From: Protoeuglena noctilucae
Lineage: Eukaryota
NCBI GenBank assembly: GCA_958009085.1
Contig: OY253676.1
Span: 744,001 to 808,000 of the forward strand
Length of the DNA: 64,000 nucleotides
Direction of reading: 5' to 3'
In this document: piece by piece, positions 47,701-63,542 of the stretch
Layout: each line of letters begins with the position of its first letter
Numbering within the stretch: position 1 is the first letter of the stretch
Program-made: the position numbers and the translations under genes
The notes under the pieces: generated by a model
The model's input: only the letters and a program-made list of their open reading frames with translations
Database searches by the model: none
What the model was told of the DNA's origin: nothing

Positions 47701-50700
47701 CCCAGCGCGGGCCCGGTCATCTCCAGCGCCCGCAGGTCGGCGCGGAAGTCGGCCCCAGCCGGCAGCGTGCGGTAGTGCTGGTGCTGCGGGGCCGCGGGGC
47801 CGCTCTGGGAGACGGTGGAGGGGGTGCGCACGCGGCCGGGTGACACGGTTGATGACTGGCGGTGGTGGTGCGTCAGGCCGGGCCTGTCGCGCGCGCCCCC
47901 GGTCGCGTTAACGCCCGCGCCGTTCTCGTGCGCTTGCGCAAAGTAAGCAGAGCCCTCGCTCGCCTCCGCCGCCACCCCCCCGCCCGTCGCCCCCTCTGCA
48001 TCCATGCCACGCTGCGCCCTCTCGCCCACATCCCCCAGCACCTCCCGGCTCACCGACCGCGTAGACCCCGTCCTGCGCACCTCCGCCCACTCCGCCACCC
48101 TCCCCTCGCCACCGTGGTGCTCGCCCTGCACCGAAGCCGGGCTGGCGCCGGGCACGGCCACAGCCGCAGTTACACCGCCGCCGGGGGCGCTGCCCGCGCT
48201 GCTGGCGGGCGCGGCGCCGTGGGGCGACCCAGGCACTGCGCGGTCCGCAGCCACCGTCACCCCCGCCGCCCCCGTGGTAGCTCCCACCGCCCCACGCTCC
48301 ACGGTCGGCATGGACCCCTCTCGCTCCGTCGCCGACCTCACCGCCGGCGCGGGCGTGCTCTCCGACACGCTCATCGTCAAGGCACCCGTGAGCAGAGGCG
48401 TCTCCGCCACACCCACACCCGCGCCCGCACCCGCACCCGTGCCCACCCGGCCGCCCGCGCTGCCTGGGGGCGGCGTGGAGTCCACCGATGCCTCCACAAC
48501 CCCTGACTTCCTCGGCGACGCCGCCTCGTCGGCCGCTGCGCTGCTGGGGCCCTTGGAGTGGGCCGCGTCGGTGCTGGTGGGCGCAACGTTCTCGTCCTCT
48601 CCCTCGCCCTCCATCAGGGTGGCCTGCATCATTGCATGAAGGGGACAGACAGTCAGGTAGAGTATCTAAGTGCGCAATCATGGATGCAATACGAGCACAT
48701 CATTAGTGTAACATACGAGGCATGTCAGCACATGCCAGCATCAGCGGACCCATGCTTATCGACATGAATGCAACCGATGGCGAGCCTAGCCTTCGCGTCT
48801 CAGTGTCTCACCAGGGTGTTGAGCGCCATGAGCCCGCTCGCGCTGGCAGGCGGGAGGTAGACCCCCCCATCAGCCGTGGCCGCGTCCGAAGTCACGCTGC
48901 CGTTGTACGCACCGTCACCCTCCCACAGCGACGCCCGCGACGCCGGCCCTGACCCCGCCCCGCCGCTGAGCGCGGGCGCGCGGTGGGCGGAGAGCGCGGG
49001 CGTGGCGGGGGCGAGGGACAGGTCTGGCGCGTCCAGGCCAGCAAAGGGGTCGGAGAGGGAGGGGCGGCCCGGGCGGCCGGTGGTGGGCTCGGTCGCGCTG
49101 ACGGAGCGGCCGCCGGAGCCCCTGCGGAGTGGGGGAGGGTGCGCGATGGGGAATTAAAATAAGTGTTGTAGAGATGTATTTGTGGATAGGATACGACATG
49201 GTTAAAAGTACTGCTGAGACGTGTTTTCTTCTTATCAGCCACCCCCCCTGTCCTCACTTGGGCAGTCTCAAGCATGCTCAGACACGCTTTTCTAACCAAC
49301 AACCACCCCTCCCCTCACCTGGGCAGGCTGCGGCTGAGCGGGGCGCTCCCCTGGCTGGGCGGGCTGGCGGGCCCCGTGATGCCCAAGTGGCCCTGGGAGG
49401 TCGCACGCTCTGGGCCCGCGCGCCGTGACGGCTTGGCGGGCTCCGGGCGGGAGAACTTGAGCGGCGCGACGCCGTTGGGGCGCCAGGCGGGGCGGTGGGG
49501 CGACGCGGCGGGCGAGGTGGCGGCTGCGGGTGACCGCCACCCGTCGGTGGGCGACCGGGCGGTGGGTGGGCCGGCCGAGGGAGCCGCGGCGGACGCGGCG
49601 TCGCTCGCGGGGGCGCCCGAGTGCGCCGGGGTTGCGTCGAACTGCCCGTGGAGGAAGCTGGCGGCCGTGGGGCGGGCGTAGTGCGGCGCGGTGGCTGCGT
49701 AGTGGGGCGCAGCGGTGGTGAAATGGTGCCCGGACGCGGCGTTGGGGCTCTCGGCGCTTGTGGCGAAGGATGAGGAAGGCCAGGGAGGAGAGGTGGTGGC
49801 GGGGACGGGCGTGGGCTGCTCGGTGGCGGTCTTGGCGGCGTGCTTGCGCTCGGCGCGCATTTGCGAGGCGAGGCTCGGGGGCTTGGGGATGAGGCCCAGG
49901 CGCGCGAGGGCCCGGAGGCGGGAGTGCTCGTCCCCGGGGGTGCTGCGGGGGCGACAGGGGTGGGGCGGGTGGGTGGGGATGGTGGTTGATGGTAGAGATT
50001 GGGAAGTGGCGAGGGCGGGAGGGTGAATGTTGGTGGTCAGGATGATCACCAAACATACAGGCCATTTCATAAAGTAATCACCCACTCACTTGGCGAAGAG
50101 CAGCTCGTCGTGGGCCACGGGCGGCATCCCCGCCTCAACCGGCAGCCCCTGCCGTGACGCGGCGCTGGGGGCGGGCCGCCTGGCGGGCGTGGCGAGGCCG
50201 GGGGTGAGCGTCGAAGCGCCCGCGCGACCCGCTGCTGCGTCTGAGGGAGGCTCCTCTAAGCGGCCGCGGTGGGGCGCGTTTGCGTTTGCGTTTGCGGGTG
50301 CTGCGGCGGCCTCCAGGGATCGCAGGACGTCCAGCACAGCGGTGCTGCGATTTGGGAGAGAGGTGGTGGGTGAAGTGGGTTGATGGCCGGGGGTGGTCGG
50401 TGCGAGCGGGACAGGTGAATCTCGGTCATACATACCAAGTCTTACTAATCATTATTAAGCGCATCATCTTGCAATTTGCAACGTTAAGTAAAACCGCAAA
50501 GGCATCACTCTGCCCCAGCCACCCCACCCCACCAAACATCACCACCCACGCCCCCACGTACCTCGACTCCCCCCGCTGTTGCGTCTCCAGAGCCCCCTTA
50601 AGCTGCCCCAGCAGACTGGTGAGCAGACCGACGTCCACGCCGTGCGGCCCCGCGTCGCTTGCCCCGCCGCGCCCCTTGCGTGCTGAAGCTGGGGCGGACG

Positions 50701-53700
50701 CCGCTTTGGGCGCGGGCGCGCGGTGCTTGGGAGCGCGGTGGGGGTTGGCGGGGAGGTCCTTGGGGCCGGGGCTGCTGCGGGGAGGGGGTCGAGGGAGATG
50801 CGCAATCAGTGTGAGGGTGAGATAGGGGGGGGGGGGGGGGGGTAGCAGGAGTGGGAGAGGTGGGCGAGGAAGCGAGCGGTGGGGCGACGGTGGTAGCAAC
50901 GCCTCACACCTAACAACCCCCCATCCCCCCTCACCCCTTCTTGCTCGTCTTCTTCTTGCGGCCCTTCCCCTTCTTGCCCTTGGACCCCCCTGTCCCCCGC
51001 TTGGCCCGGCCCTTGCTGAGCGCGCGGTCGGGCGTGGCCATGCCGTCGTACCCGCCCGGCAATGGGCCCACCGCGGGCGCCGCGGCCCTGCGGGCGCATT
51101 CGAATGCGAGGTGTCGGAGCGGATCAGAGCGTGAGGTGATAGTTAGTAGAAGTGGCAAGTCCCTGTCAGCAGTTGTACAATCAGCAAGGACCGTCTTCGC
51201 AAGCAGTCCCCCCCCACAGACACAGACATCACCCCACCACCCCCGCACCTGCCATCGCCCTTGCGCCGGCCCCTCAGCCCCGGCGACCCCCCAAGTCTCC
51301 TCCCGGGCGTCTCCACCTCACTGAACGACACCCGGGGCCGCGGGGGCCGCTCTGCCCGCGCCCCCGCCTCCCCCGCCGCCCCGGCAAGGGGCGACGTCAC
51401 GCGGCGCTTGCGCCCGCCCCCCTCGCTCCCCTCCCCCACCATCTCGCTCGACATCTGCGGCATCCGAGTGTCCTTCAGACGCGTCCGCACCCCGCCCACC
51501 GCCACCTCCTGCCGCTCCCAGGGCATGCGCCGCCCCACCGCTGTTGCGCTCTCTCTTGACGTCCCGAACCCAGACCGGGACCGGGCGAAGTGGTCCGCCA
51601 GCAGCGCCTGCCCCATCGACTGTGCGGACGCGACCGAGTCGGGCTCGGAGGGCGCCGCGCGGCTGCGAGGGCCCTGCAGGTCGCCATTGGGGACGACGGC
51701 GGCCGGGCCCTTGGCTGCGAGCGAGTAAGGGGGTGGAAGAGTTAGACATTAAGATGGAAACTAAGAGTTGGGTGCGGAGGGAGGTGGTTGCTGCGTTGGA
51801 GGCGCGTCATCCCTGGCTGCACCGCTCGCATCACCCATTCCCATGCACCCCCTCTTCGCTCACCGTGAGCCTGTCGGAACCCCCCCTGCCGCTTGCGCTT
51901 CTCCGCCAGCTCTCCCATGCGCCCGTCCGCGTGCGCAATGTACTGCTTCAGAAGCTGACCGAGGGAATCCAAACTGCCGGGCCCCAGCTCACGCGCCCTC
52001 TGCAGGAGCCAGTGCTCGGGCCGGCGTGGCACGACTGCACTACGGGGTATGCCGATGTCGGGAGCCCTGCGCACGGCCCGCTCGCCGCCCCAGGGGTTGC
52101 GCTGCCACGGTTTGGGGTCCGCGAGCACGGCGCCGAGGTGCGGGTCGGACGGGTGGCGGCGGTGGCTGACGCGGGGTGGCCGCGTGGGGCGCGGGGCGGA
52201 CTGGGGGTGGGCGGGTCTCGAAGGGCCCAGGTCGTCGATGGTCTGCCGGGACTCGTGGGGAAGCGCGGGGCCTGCGTGGGGGGCGAGATGGGCGGTGGTG
52301 GTGGGGGTGAGTGGGTGTGGGAGTTGTGACGGAGTGACGGAGTTTGGGTATCAAAATGATGGCTGGGGTATGTTGGGCGACCAGTGTGATACTGAATGAC
52401 CAGTCACCCACCGACCATTCATCCATCGACCAGCCACCCAACAACCAGTCATCAATTACCGACCACTCACCTTTGACGGGCGTGGTGGCGTCGTCGACGA
52501 TCCGCAGCTCCTCCCGCAGGTTCTGCTTGAACAGGTCGTTCGTCTGGGCCACCCGGAACGTGGGACGCTTGCGGGGCCGCGCGGGGCGGGCGGACGTCAC
52601 CATCTGCCGCCACTGCGCCGCCATAGAGGGCGCCTCGGGGTCCGGCACATCCGCCCCCCACAGCTGCCGCACCACCGTCCGGTGCTCCTGCGAGGTTACA
52701 GATCGAGAGACGGTTCAAATATGGAAAGTTTGGGTGTGCCGGGGACGCCTGGGCGCGCCCGGGCAGGCCCCTATAAACACACGCCGACACGGTCATGTTG
52801 TGACGGTCTGAGGGTTGATCCCCCACCACACACCAGCACTCCCCATCCCCAATCCAAGAATCGCATCTCACCTGCCCGTCGCCGTCGTCGTTGGCAGGGG
52901 TGCTCTCCTCATCGGATGACTCCGCTTCTGCGCTCGCCGTCTCGTCGCTCGCCATGCGCCCGTTCGCCGCCACGGGACGCCCCTTAGCGCGGCCGCTCCC
53001 GCGCGCCTGCGGGGCCAGGACACCGCCACGCGTTCCGTTTTTGACACCGCATTGTCACGAGCGACTGCGACCGTGCAATTATCGCCCCGCACCTGCCCGG
53101 CTTTGCCCGAGCTCTTGGCCATTTGCGACCAGCTCTGCATGAACGCCTCGTCGTTCATGCGGTCCGCTCCGGAGGCCTCCGCGCCGCTGTCCGAGTGCTC
53201 CGAGTCCCTCCTAGCCTTCCAAGCGTGGCGGGCGCGGTCGGCAGAGGATCTCCGGCCAGCGGGGGTGGCGCGCCGGGACGCAGGGCCGTTCGGCGAGGCC
53301 CCGCTCTGCGATTCCGCGCCCGACGCGCTGCCGATGCGCCATGGAGATCGCGGCGAGTGGTCCTCATCGTCGACCTCGGCGGACTGCGCGGAGCTCGAGG
53401 CATCGTCCCCGCCGCGCAGCTTCCCTGGGCCCGCGTTGATCTCGCGCTGCGGACGGGCGAACGGATGACAGCGCGTCAGCGCCAGACTCGCATCACGCGC
53501 GGAGCGGAAAGGTCGCTCGGCGGCAAAGCCCGGGCGGACGAGCAACGGTGGGCGACGCATGGGGGGCCCCACCACGCGCCACAGGCAGCGTCCCGGCGCG
53601 CGGAAAGGGCGCGGATGGAGACAGCGCTGTGAAAGTAACAGCGGTGGACGCAGGGCGCCGTGAACGGAAGCTGCCGGGGCGTGGCGCGTTCAGCCTGGTA

Positions 53701-54137
53701 ACAACAAGGGCCTGGCGCCAGGAGGCGCGATGGAACCGGTCCGCGAGAAACGATGGAGTGGAAACATGAAAAGGGGGTTATGGAGCGGCTGGCCCGCCCG
53801 CGCGGCGCCGCTGCCCCCGCGGATGCCAAGTCACAGGCCCGTCCCTCGCCGGGTTCAACGCCCGCGCGACGTCGGAAGAATGAAAATAAATAATTAAGGA
53901 CACTCGCACTTGTCGGGGACGTGGCTGAGGGCCCCTCTCGCCAATGGCGCGGGACACACTCTTCCCCCCCTCTGCAGCTCTGCACAGCTCGCAGCGGGCG
54001 TACCAGGGGCCGCGCGCAAGTCCCGATGATAACGAACCTACAGAACAATTTTCCGGGCGCCTCACCTGCAGCGTGGCCAGCTCGAGCTGGAGACGCTTGG
54101 CCGCTTCCGCGGCCTCACTCGAGGGCCTGGTGGCCAT
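44714..54137 (-). CDS. Very long low-complexity (Ala/Gly/Ser/Pro) protein with a C-terminal PH-like domain
   Basis: A chain of minus-strand exons bounded by GT/AG starts at MATRPSSEAAEAAKRLQLELATLQ. C-terminus LRDGQRMHKHK...PHKKGSDRRVQLVL...GIRVHTAHGEVDLTCTDAQQWCLYAAGLNAAL. Not every junction was verified, so this could be two genes. Confidence 0.5.
45285..45405. repeat. Degenerate (GAGGGT/GTAGTG)n intronic minisatellite
   Basis: Repeated gagggt units inside the intron of the minus-strand gene. Confidence 0.7.
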
Positions 54138-54944
54138 GCCGCAGAGCCTCGGTTACAGCCAAGAGCGGCGACGACAGACACTCATGCATTATGCGGGGCG
54201 TCCGGCGCGCTCTCAGCGGACACGAGCAGTGGGAACCCAACACGCGTGTGTTTGTGGGGAGCCACAGCGACGCCAGGGACGCCCCTCGCGGACGTGGTCG
54301 GCAAGCGCGACAAGCATGCAGACGGTGGTGCGCGCGGGGCCCTCGGGAGCTGCCTTCACGCGGCCGAGGGCAGGTTGCTGTCGCTGCCCTTCTGACGCGC
54401 GACGCGGGGGCCAGCGCTGAAAGCGGCCGCAGCGCTGACCTCGACACGACACCTCGGTGCACTCTCCGCGACTTTCTTTTCCCGGGAACCTCGACCCCCG
54501 TGGTGGACCTCAGGTGAGTGCAGGGGCCAGGCCGTCGAGGGCGGAGCAATGGATGGATGCGCCTGTTGGCTGGCCAGACGTGTTGAATTCGTATAATTGT
54601 ACGCGATAGTGCTCTGGGGAGGGCCACTCAGGGCCCTGGTGGCGCGCTATCGGCCGACCTCCGGGACGGTCTTTCTTTCGCCCGCTGCGCGTCGGGGGGC
54701 GCTGATTTCGCAAACCTTTCGCAACCCACCGCCTGATTGGCTCGCAACGAGGTCTAGGGAAGCGCGGCTCGCCCGTGTTCGCCCCTCAGCGCGCAGCTGA
54801 CGTGGCCCTCCGAACCCTGACTGATGGCGAGGCCCCTCCGTGCCTGCAGGCCCTCGGACGTGCGACTCCCCGCGTCTTTCGCACCCAAATAGCTCATCGC
54901 GCCCATCATCCGCCGCCCTCGGCGTATACCGGGCGAGTCCCATC

Positions 54945-57561
<2,617 letters not shown>

Positions 57562-58255
57562 AAGAATGCAATCATGAGGGTGACGAGATCGTCGCTCAAC
57601 AGGGGATTCGACTGAGAGTCATGGGGCTTCAATCGAGCTCAATTATGCGAGGCGTCACCTGTTCGGTCGTCGCCCCACAGTTCCCTTAACTGAGCAGCGA
57701 CAGGCCGGTAGGGTCTCGCGCCCTCCCATCGGCGACTCGTGCGCTGTGTTCCATGCGCTCTCGCGACGCTGATTATCGACTTTTGCTCACTGATGCCCTA
57801 CCAATGGTGGGGCGGGTGCCCCTCCCATGTTACACGTCTAGACCACCATAGAGATCCTAGTCAAAATTCAAACGTGGGGCCAGCGCCGACTCAAGCGCAA
57901 CCAAGGAGTAAGCAGTACAAACGAAAGGTTTGTAAGAAAGGGAGCTTCTCAGCCTCAGCAAGCCACGCATCGCTTACTCAGCACCCACCCACCGCCGCCC
58001 CGATCCCGCCAACCACCCCTGTCCCCACTGCCCCGTATGGCGCCCACCGGCACTGCCAGACACATGCAAGTTCCCTGGGTGGGTAACTGCCCCACATCCG
58101 CGCCCACCGTACCCCCACCACCTCGCCACCCCCCCTCACCCCTCTCCCTCAACTCAACCGACCCCGGAGACAAATGTTGTCTCCCTCACCGCCACCCCAA
58201 CTCCTTCCTCAGTCCATCCCAACTCCATCGCCCATCTCCCCTCAGCCCTCCTCCC

Positions 58256-61200
58256 TTAATCAATCTTGACCGCCGCGTACACCTGCCTGACAAACGCATA
58301 GCACGTGAGGAACCCCACGGTGCCCGTGAGCACGAAGAAGCAATAGGAGAAGGCAGCCATGGTGGCGAAGTAGACGAGGGAGGGCACGAAGCGGTCGATC
58401 TGGAGGCGGGCGGTGTAGTAATACACGCTGTAGCCAAATACGTAGAAGGCCGAGGCGCCTGGGGGTATGGGTGAGTGGGGTCTCGATAATAAAATATTGT
58501 TCTTCAGTATAAGATTGGCAGTGATTGAAAGTAATACAGCTTTTTGACCCGTGCATCAGCAGCCATCTCTCACCCGACACGAACAGGCTCCTCCACCACC
58601 ACCGGTAGTCCTCGGCGCTGAGCTGGAAGTAGGTGAGCACGACCGCGATCTCCGCGACCGTCACGAGCAGGATGGCGATGACCAGGGCCAGGAACCCAAA
58701 CACATAGTAGAACTGCTGGAGCCACAGGCTCGACATGATGAAGTAGAGCTCCACGAACACCGCGCTGCGGGGTGAAGAGGGGGTAGAGAGTGGGAGTGAT
58801 GTGTCGATATGATATGATATGAAAAGATATGATATGATATGATACATGTATTATCAATATTTATAACATCGCACCGACGACAACAACAACGACCATCACC
58901 CCATGCCCCCTTTGGCGGCTCTCACCCGAACGGCAGCAGTCCCCCCACGGCCATGACGGACCACGCGTGGAGGTACCAGGGCTGTGCAGGGATCTGGCGG
59001 GGGATCTTGTTGGTGCGGACGGGGTCCTGGGGGGGTGGTGAGAGAGAGAGGTGGAGTGGGTGAGTGAGTGAATGTGAGTGAATGTGTGTGTGTGGGGATC
59101 TTGTGGGTGCGGACGGGGTCCTGGGGCAGTGAGAGAGAGGTGGGGTGAGTGTGAGAGAGCGTGTGTGTGGGGGGGGGGGGGGGGATGGGTGTGAGGGAGG
59201 TGGAGTGGGTGTGAGGGGATCTTGGTGGTGCGGACAGGAAGATGAAATGGTGTGAGTGAGGTTGAATAGTACTAACCACCACCAGCCGCAACTCGCCTCA
59301 TAGGGCGCCGCGTTGAACCCCGCGTATACCACAATTGATCATCCCATATACCATAATAATAACAACAACCACCACTCATCACTCGCCTCGTACGGCGCCG
59401 CCTTGAACCCCGCGCATACAATACACCATACAATCATTACTGATAACAACCACCACCACCACTCATCACTCATCACTCGCCTCGTACGGCGCCGCCTTGA
59501 ACCCCGTGTAGCTCCCCAGGAAGACCAGGGGCAGCGACACGCCCACCCACAGAAACGCGATCGTCAGCAGCGTCCCAAAGGGGATAGCCGAGGACGACCC
59601 CGCTGCCCTCACGAACAGATTGACCACGAACAGAGGCACGAACACGGCAGCTGGCAGCGTGGCTCCCATCTTGAGCGTCATCTTGCGCCACTCGTCGCCC
59701 TTCATCTGTCGGTACACGCGCGCGGCCGCGTATCCCCCCACCAGCCCCATAAAGACGAACAGGAGGATCATGGCGGTTTGCAGGCCGCCGCGGTTGGCGG
59801 GGGAGAGGAAGCCTGGGGGGTGGGGGTGGGGGTTGAGATGGGTGGTGGGGGTGGGGTGGGAGTGGGGTGGGGGTTGAGATGGGTGGTGGGGGTGGGGTTG
59901 GGGTTGAGGTGGGGAGGTTAAGAGGGGGGATGTGGGGTGGGGTGGGAGTGGGGGTGGGGAGTGATGATGGGAGTGGAGATGGGTGGGTTGAAGTGACGGT
60001 GGTGGCCCACACACTCACACACCCACGCTCACCCATGACGGCGAACAGCATGGTGATGAGGGTGGCCGACAGCAGCTGCACCCCCGTGCCCACGTACGCC
60101 GCCAGGGAACTGGCGTTTCGCGGGGGGCGGAACACATCTCCATGAATCAGCTTCCACCCGCTCTCCTCGATCGTCGTCTCCTCGTCCGCTGAGACCTCGT
60201 TGTAGTTGCTGGGGGGAGGGAGAGGGAGAGGGTGGGGTGAGTGGGGACGGTGGTGGGGCTTGTTGTAAGGTACACGTTCCCCCCCCCCCCCTCGCCTGAT
60301 CTCCCTCCGCAGGGTGCGCAGGAGGATGATGGCGACCATGCCAGTGAGAAAGAGCACGATCATCAGCGAGTTGATGATGCTGAACCAGTGGATGTCGGCC
60401 GTGCCGTCTGCGATGAATGGAAATGACGAGCGCCGAATGAGTATAAAGCAAGCATGATTAATGATGCTTCCAAATTGATATCGGCAGTGCCTTAACCAGA
60501 GCACATTCGAGGCTTCGAGTCTCACCGCTGTTGAAAAAGTCCTCCCACCGCGTGGCCCACTCCTTGTCGCTCAGGCGGAACTGGACATCGTACGTGAAGA
60601 TTACCTCCTCGCCCTCCCTGAGATGTGATGGGTGGGAGAGAGATGAGATCACACCAAGATTACACCAAGAGCAGCGATGCATGTGGACGAGCCTACTGCC
60701 ACCCGCACCCGCACTTGCACTGCCACCCTTATCACCACCCTCACTGCCACCCCCACTGCCACCCTACTCCCCATCATCCCCTCACCTGAGCCCCTGCTTC
60801 TGTTCGCTGTACATCCCGAAGACCGACACGGTGTCCCTGGACATGAGGCAGGTCTTGAGATCGATCCCCGCCGGGTTCAGTGGAGATGGCGAGATGGGAG
60901 AGGTTGCATCCACGGAGTGCTTGCGTGACAGCGCCACGACCTCGAAACCCACCACGCGGTACGTCGTCTCTGATGGTCGAGGAATGGGAACATATGTAAT
61001 ATATATGTCGTATATCGAATAATGACAGCAGCCCACACGTTCCGTCCATGTCTCTCGCCTGCGAGCCCGTCGCCGTTGGCGTGCGTGTAGGGGTGCATCA
61101 GGATGGTGAGGCGCAGGTGGTTGTTGAGGTAGTAGCGGGTCTTGCCCTGGTCGTCCTTACTGGCGAAACCGACGGGGAAGCCCCGGGTGTACTGGTACGA

Positions 61201-62109
61201 CAGGCTGCCGTCCGCGTTCTGCACCTCGTACACTGCGTGAGAGGCGACGCGGGGATCAATGTTATATCGCGCATTAGGTTAGAACTTGCTTGCAAGATGA
61301 CCCATGCTGCATGCACGGTCGCCACTGTGCATGGCAACATCCGCGGCCACATTCTCGCCTGTCGCCAGCGGGAGGTTGTCGAGGATCATGTACGCGCGGT
61401 ACTCGTCCTGGATCTTCTCGACGAAGGCCTGCATCTGGTCCGCGCTGAGGCTGTCGATGCGGCAAAGCACGTTGCAGTAGTGGTCCTCCATCGCATACGC
61501 CACGTATGGAGACGTCTTGATGCGGTCGCCGCGCAAAATCTCCCCGATGTTCTCCGGCTTCTGGCGGATCACGTCGGGACTGCGCGGGCGGGGCGCGCGG
61601 GCGCGATTTTTCGCTATGGAGCACTGAAATGTCCGCGCCATGCCGCCAATGCGGGGGCGCGGAGCGCTGACGAGCTATTCCGAGCGCACACAAGCTCCAG
61701 ACCCGACTCACCGGCAGTAGGGTATCGAGTAGTAGTCGTACGGCAGGTTGTTGCGCGTCGACGCGAGCTTGTTCACCTGCGGGCGCGAGGGGACGTTATA
61801 AGTGGCGATCCCATGTAACGCATGTCATCATCTGGCGCGAGAACGCGCGGCCGCGATCCCAGGCGGGCGGGGGGCCAGTCAGCGGGACCCATGAGGCGCT
61901 TCGAGCTTGTTCGCCGTGTCCCCCGTCGCCGCGCGCAGCGAGCGATCCTTGCGACGATACGGCTGCGTCCTCACCTTGATGTCCATGGCCTCTCCCTTGA
62001 CAAAGTCCTTCGGCGCCACGCCAGGCAAGTAGAATCCCACGCCGGGGCGCGCCAGCAGGGCCACCGCGCTCCCTAGGAGAAGCGCGGCCGGCCACAAGCG
62101 CCTCCACAT
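58256..62109 (-). CDS. TM9SF: Transmembrane 9 superfamily (nonaspanin/EMP70) protein
   Basis: Signal peptide followed by FYLPGVAP, ENIGEILRGDRI, IHWFSIINSLMIVLFLTG, ESGWKLIHGDVFRPP, PVRTNKIPRQIP, GGLLPFG and EDYRWWWRS. C-terminal VKID* is a KxD/E Golgi motif. Confidence 0.97.
58805..58850. repeat. (GATAT)n microsatellite in an intron
   Basis: gatatgatatgatatgaaaagatatgatatgatatgatac. Confidence 0.8.
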
Positions 62110-62491
62110 GGCGTCACTGCCCGATGTCCTTCGCGTCTCCGCTCCTCAGTCGCAGTGCCCAATCCTCATCCCGCGGCTCCTCGACAGCGACGACTGGGCG
62201 CCAAGAACGACCGCACTAAAAGCCCCAGGCGAGGGATCTCGAGCACACGAAGCTGCGGATGCGAGGAGATGCGTTGGGAGCGATTAGGGGCCCCGCTGGC
62301 AGTGCCAGCCGCGCGGTGCCAGCGCAGGAGCTGCGCGGGAGCCTTCTCTCCGGCTCTCTCTGGCTCCCAGGACAACCTGAAGAACTGACGGAGCGCCTGG
62401 GCTACAAGGTCTTCGTTGTTTGGCTTCCGTCGCTCCCGCCTCGAGCTCTGCGTGTCAACTGCTGAACGCAGGCCGCTGCGCGAGATCTCCC

Positions 62492-63234
62492 ATGGCGGAG
62501 GACCGGACGACGGCCTCCACGGAGGCTTCATCGTCGAAAGTGCAGGTTGGCAACGCGCGCGCACGTGTTGGCTCATGCGCTGGGCTGCTCGGGGCTCTTG
62601 CCCAGGGCGCCACGCTGGATGCTCGGCGCTGAACACGTCTGCCGTCCTCCGCAGCTCTACGTGTACGACTTGACGCACGGCATGGCGAAGCAGCTCTCTC
62701 CGGCGCTTATGGGCAAGCAGATAGACGGCGTGTGGCACACGGGCGTGGTCTTTTGGGACCCGTCGGGCAAGAAGGCCACGGAGTACTTTTTCTCCGCGGG
62801 CGTCCAGCGTCTTCCCGCCGGGACGACGCCTTTCGGCATTCCGCACGAGGTCATCGACCTCGGTCGCACGGAGATACCACAGGTACTAATACGCGGGGCT
62901 GCATGAGACCATCAGGTCCAGAGTGTGCGCCGATGAACGTTTGCTGTATCATCTCACATGTCTTACTCACACCTCCTGCGCGGCGCAGGATATTGCCGAG
63001 GAGTACCTGCACGAGATATCCCCGCGATACACGGCCAGGACGTACAACCTGCTGAGCCACAACTGCAACCACTTCTCCGACGAGTTTGCGACCTTCTTGG
63101 TCGGCCAGGGCGTGCCGGAGCGTATCATGAGCATCCCCCAAGAGGTCATGGCAAGTCCCCTGGGCCCTCTCCTGGGCCCCGTCATTGATCAGATGCAGGC
63201 GCAACTGGGCAGCGTGGGCGGCGGTGGGTTTTGA
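62492..63234 (+). CDS. DESI1: DeSI/PPPDE desumoylating isopeptidase
   Basis: KVQ|LYVYDLTHGMAKQLS, GVWHTGVV (catalytic His), FG.P..VIDLG, YNLLSHNCNHFSDE (catalytic Cys). Three exons. Confidence 0.93.
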
Positions 63235-63542
63235 CTTGCCCGGTCGTGCTGTGGCCGCTACTGCAGCCGCTGTGGCATCCGCCCAGCTGGGTCGTCGCCA
63301 TTCACAGCGTTGACGGCCTGCTGGCCACCCTCGCAGCGCCACCAGCGGCACTGCTCGTTGCAGAGCCACGCTGGGGATGAGGCTAGGGGTGGCGCCTGCC
63401 ATCAGCAACAGTCCGTAGGCCAGCCAGCCGTACACAGACCTTCCCTCGTCTAACTCGACTGGCTTTTTCAGACGAACCCCTCCCTTGTCCACTCAACTGG
63501 CGGCTTTGTCACAAGAGCCCCACTTTAACTCGACTGGCTCTG

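Noticed and set aside
59290..59510. Spaced direct repeats superficially like a CRISPR array
   Set aside because: The repeats are copies of a eukaryotic exon end, degenerate, with low-complexity spacers and no cas genes.
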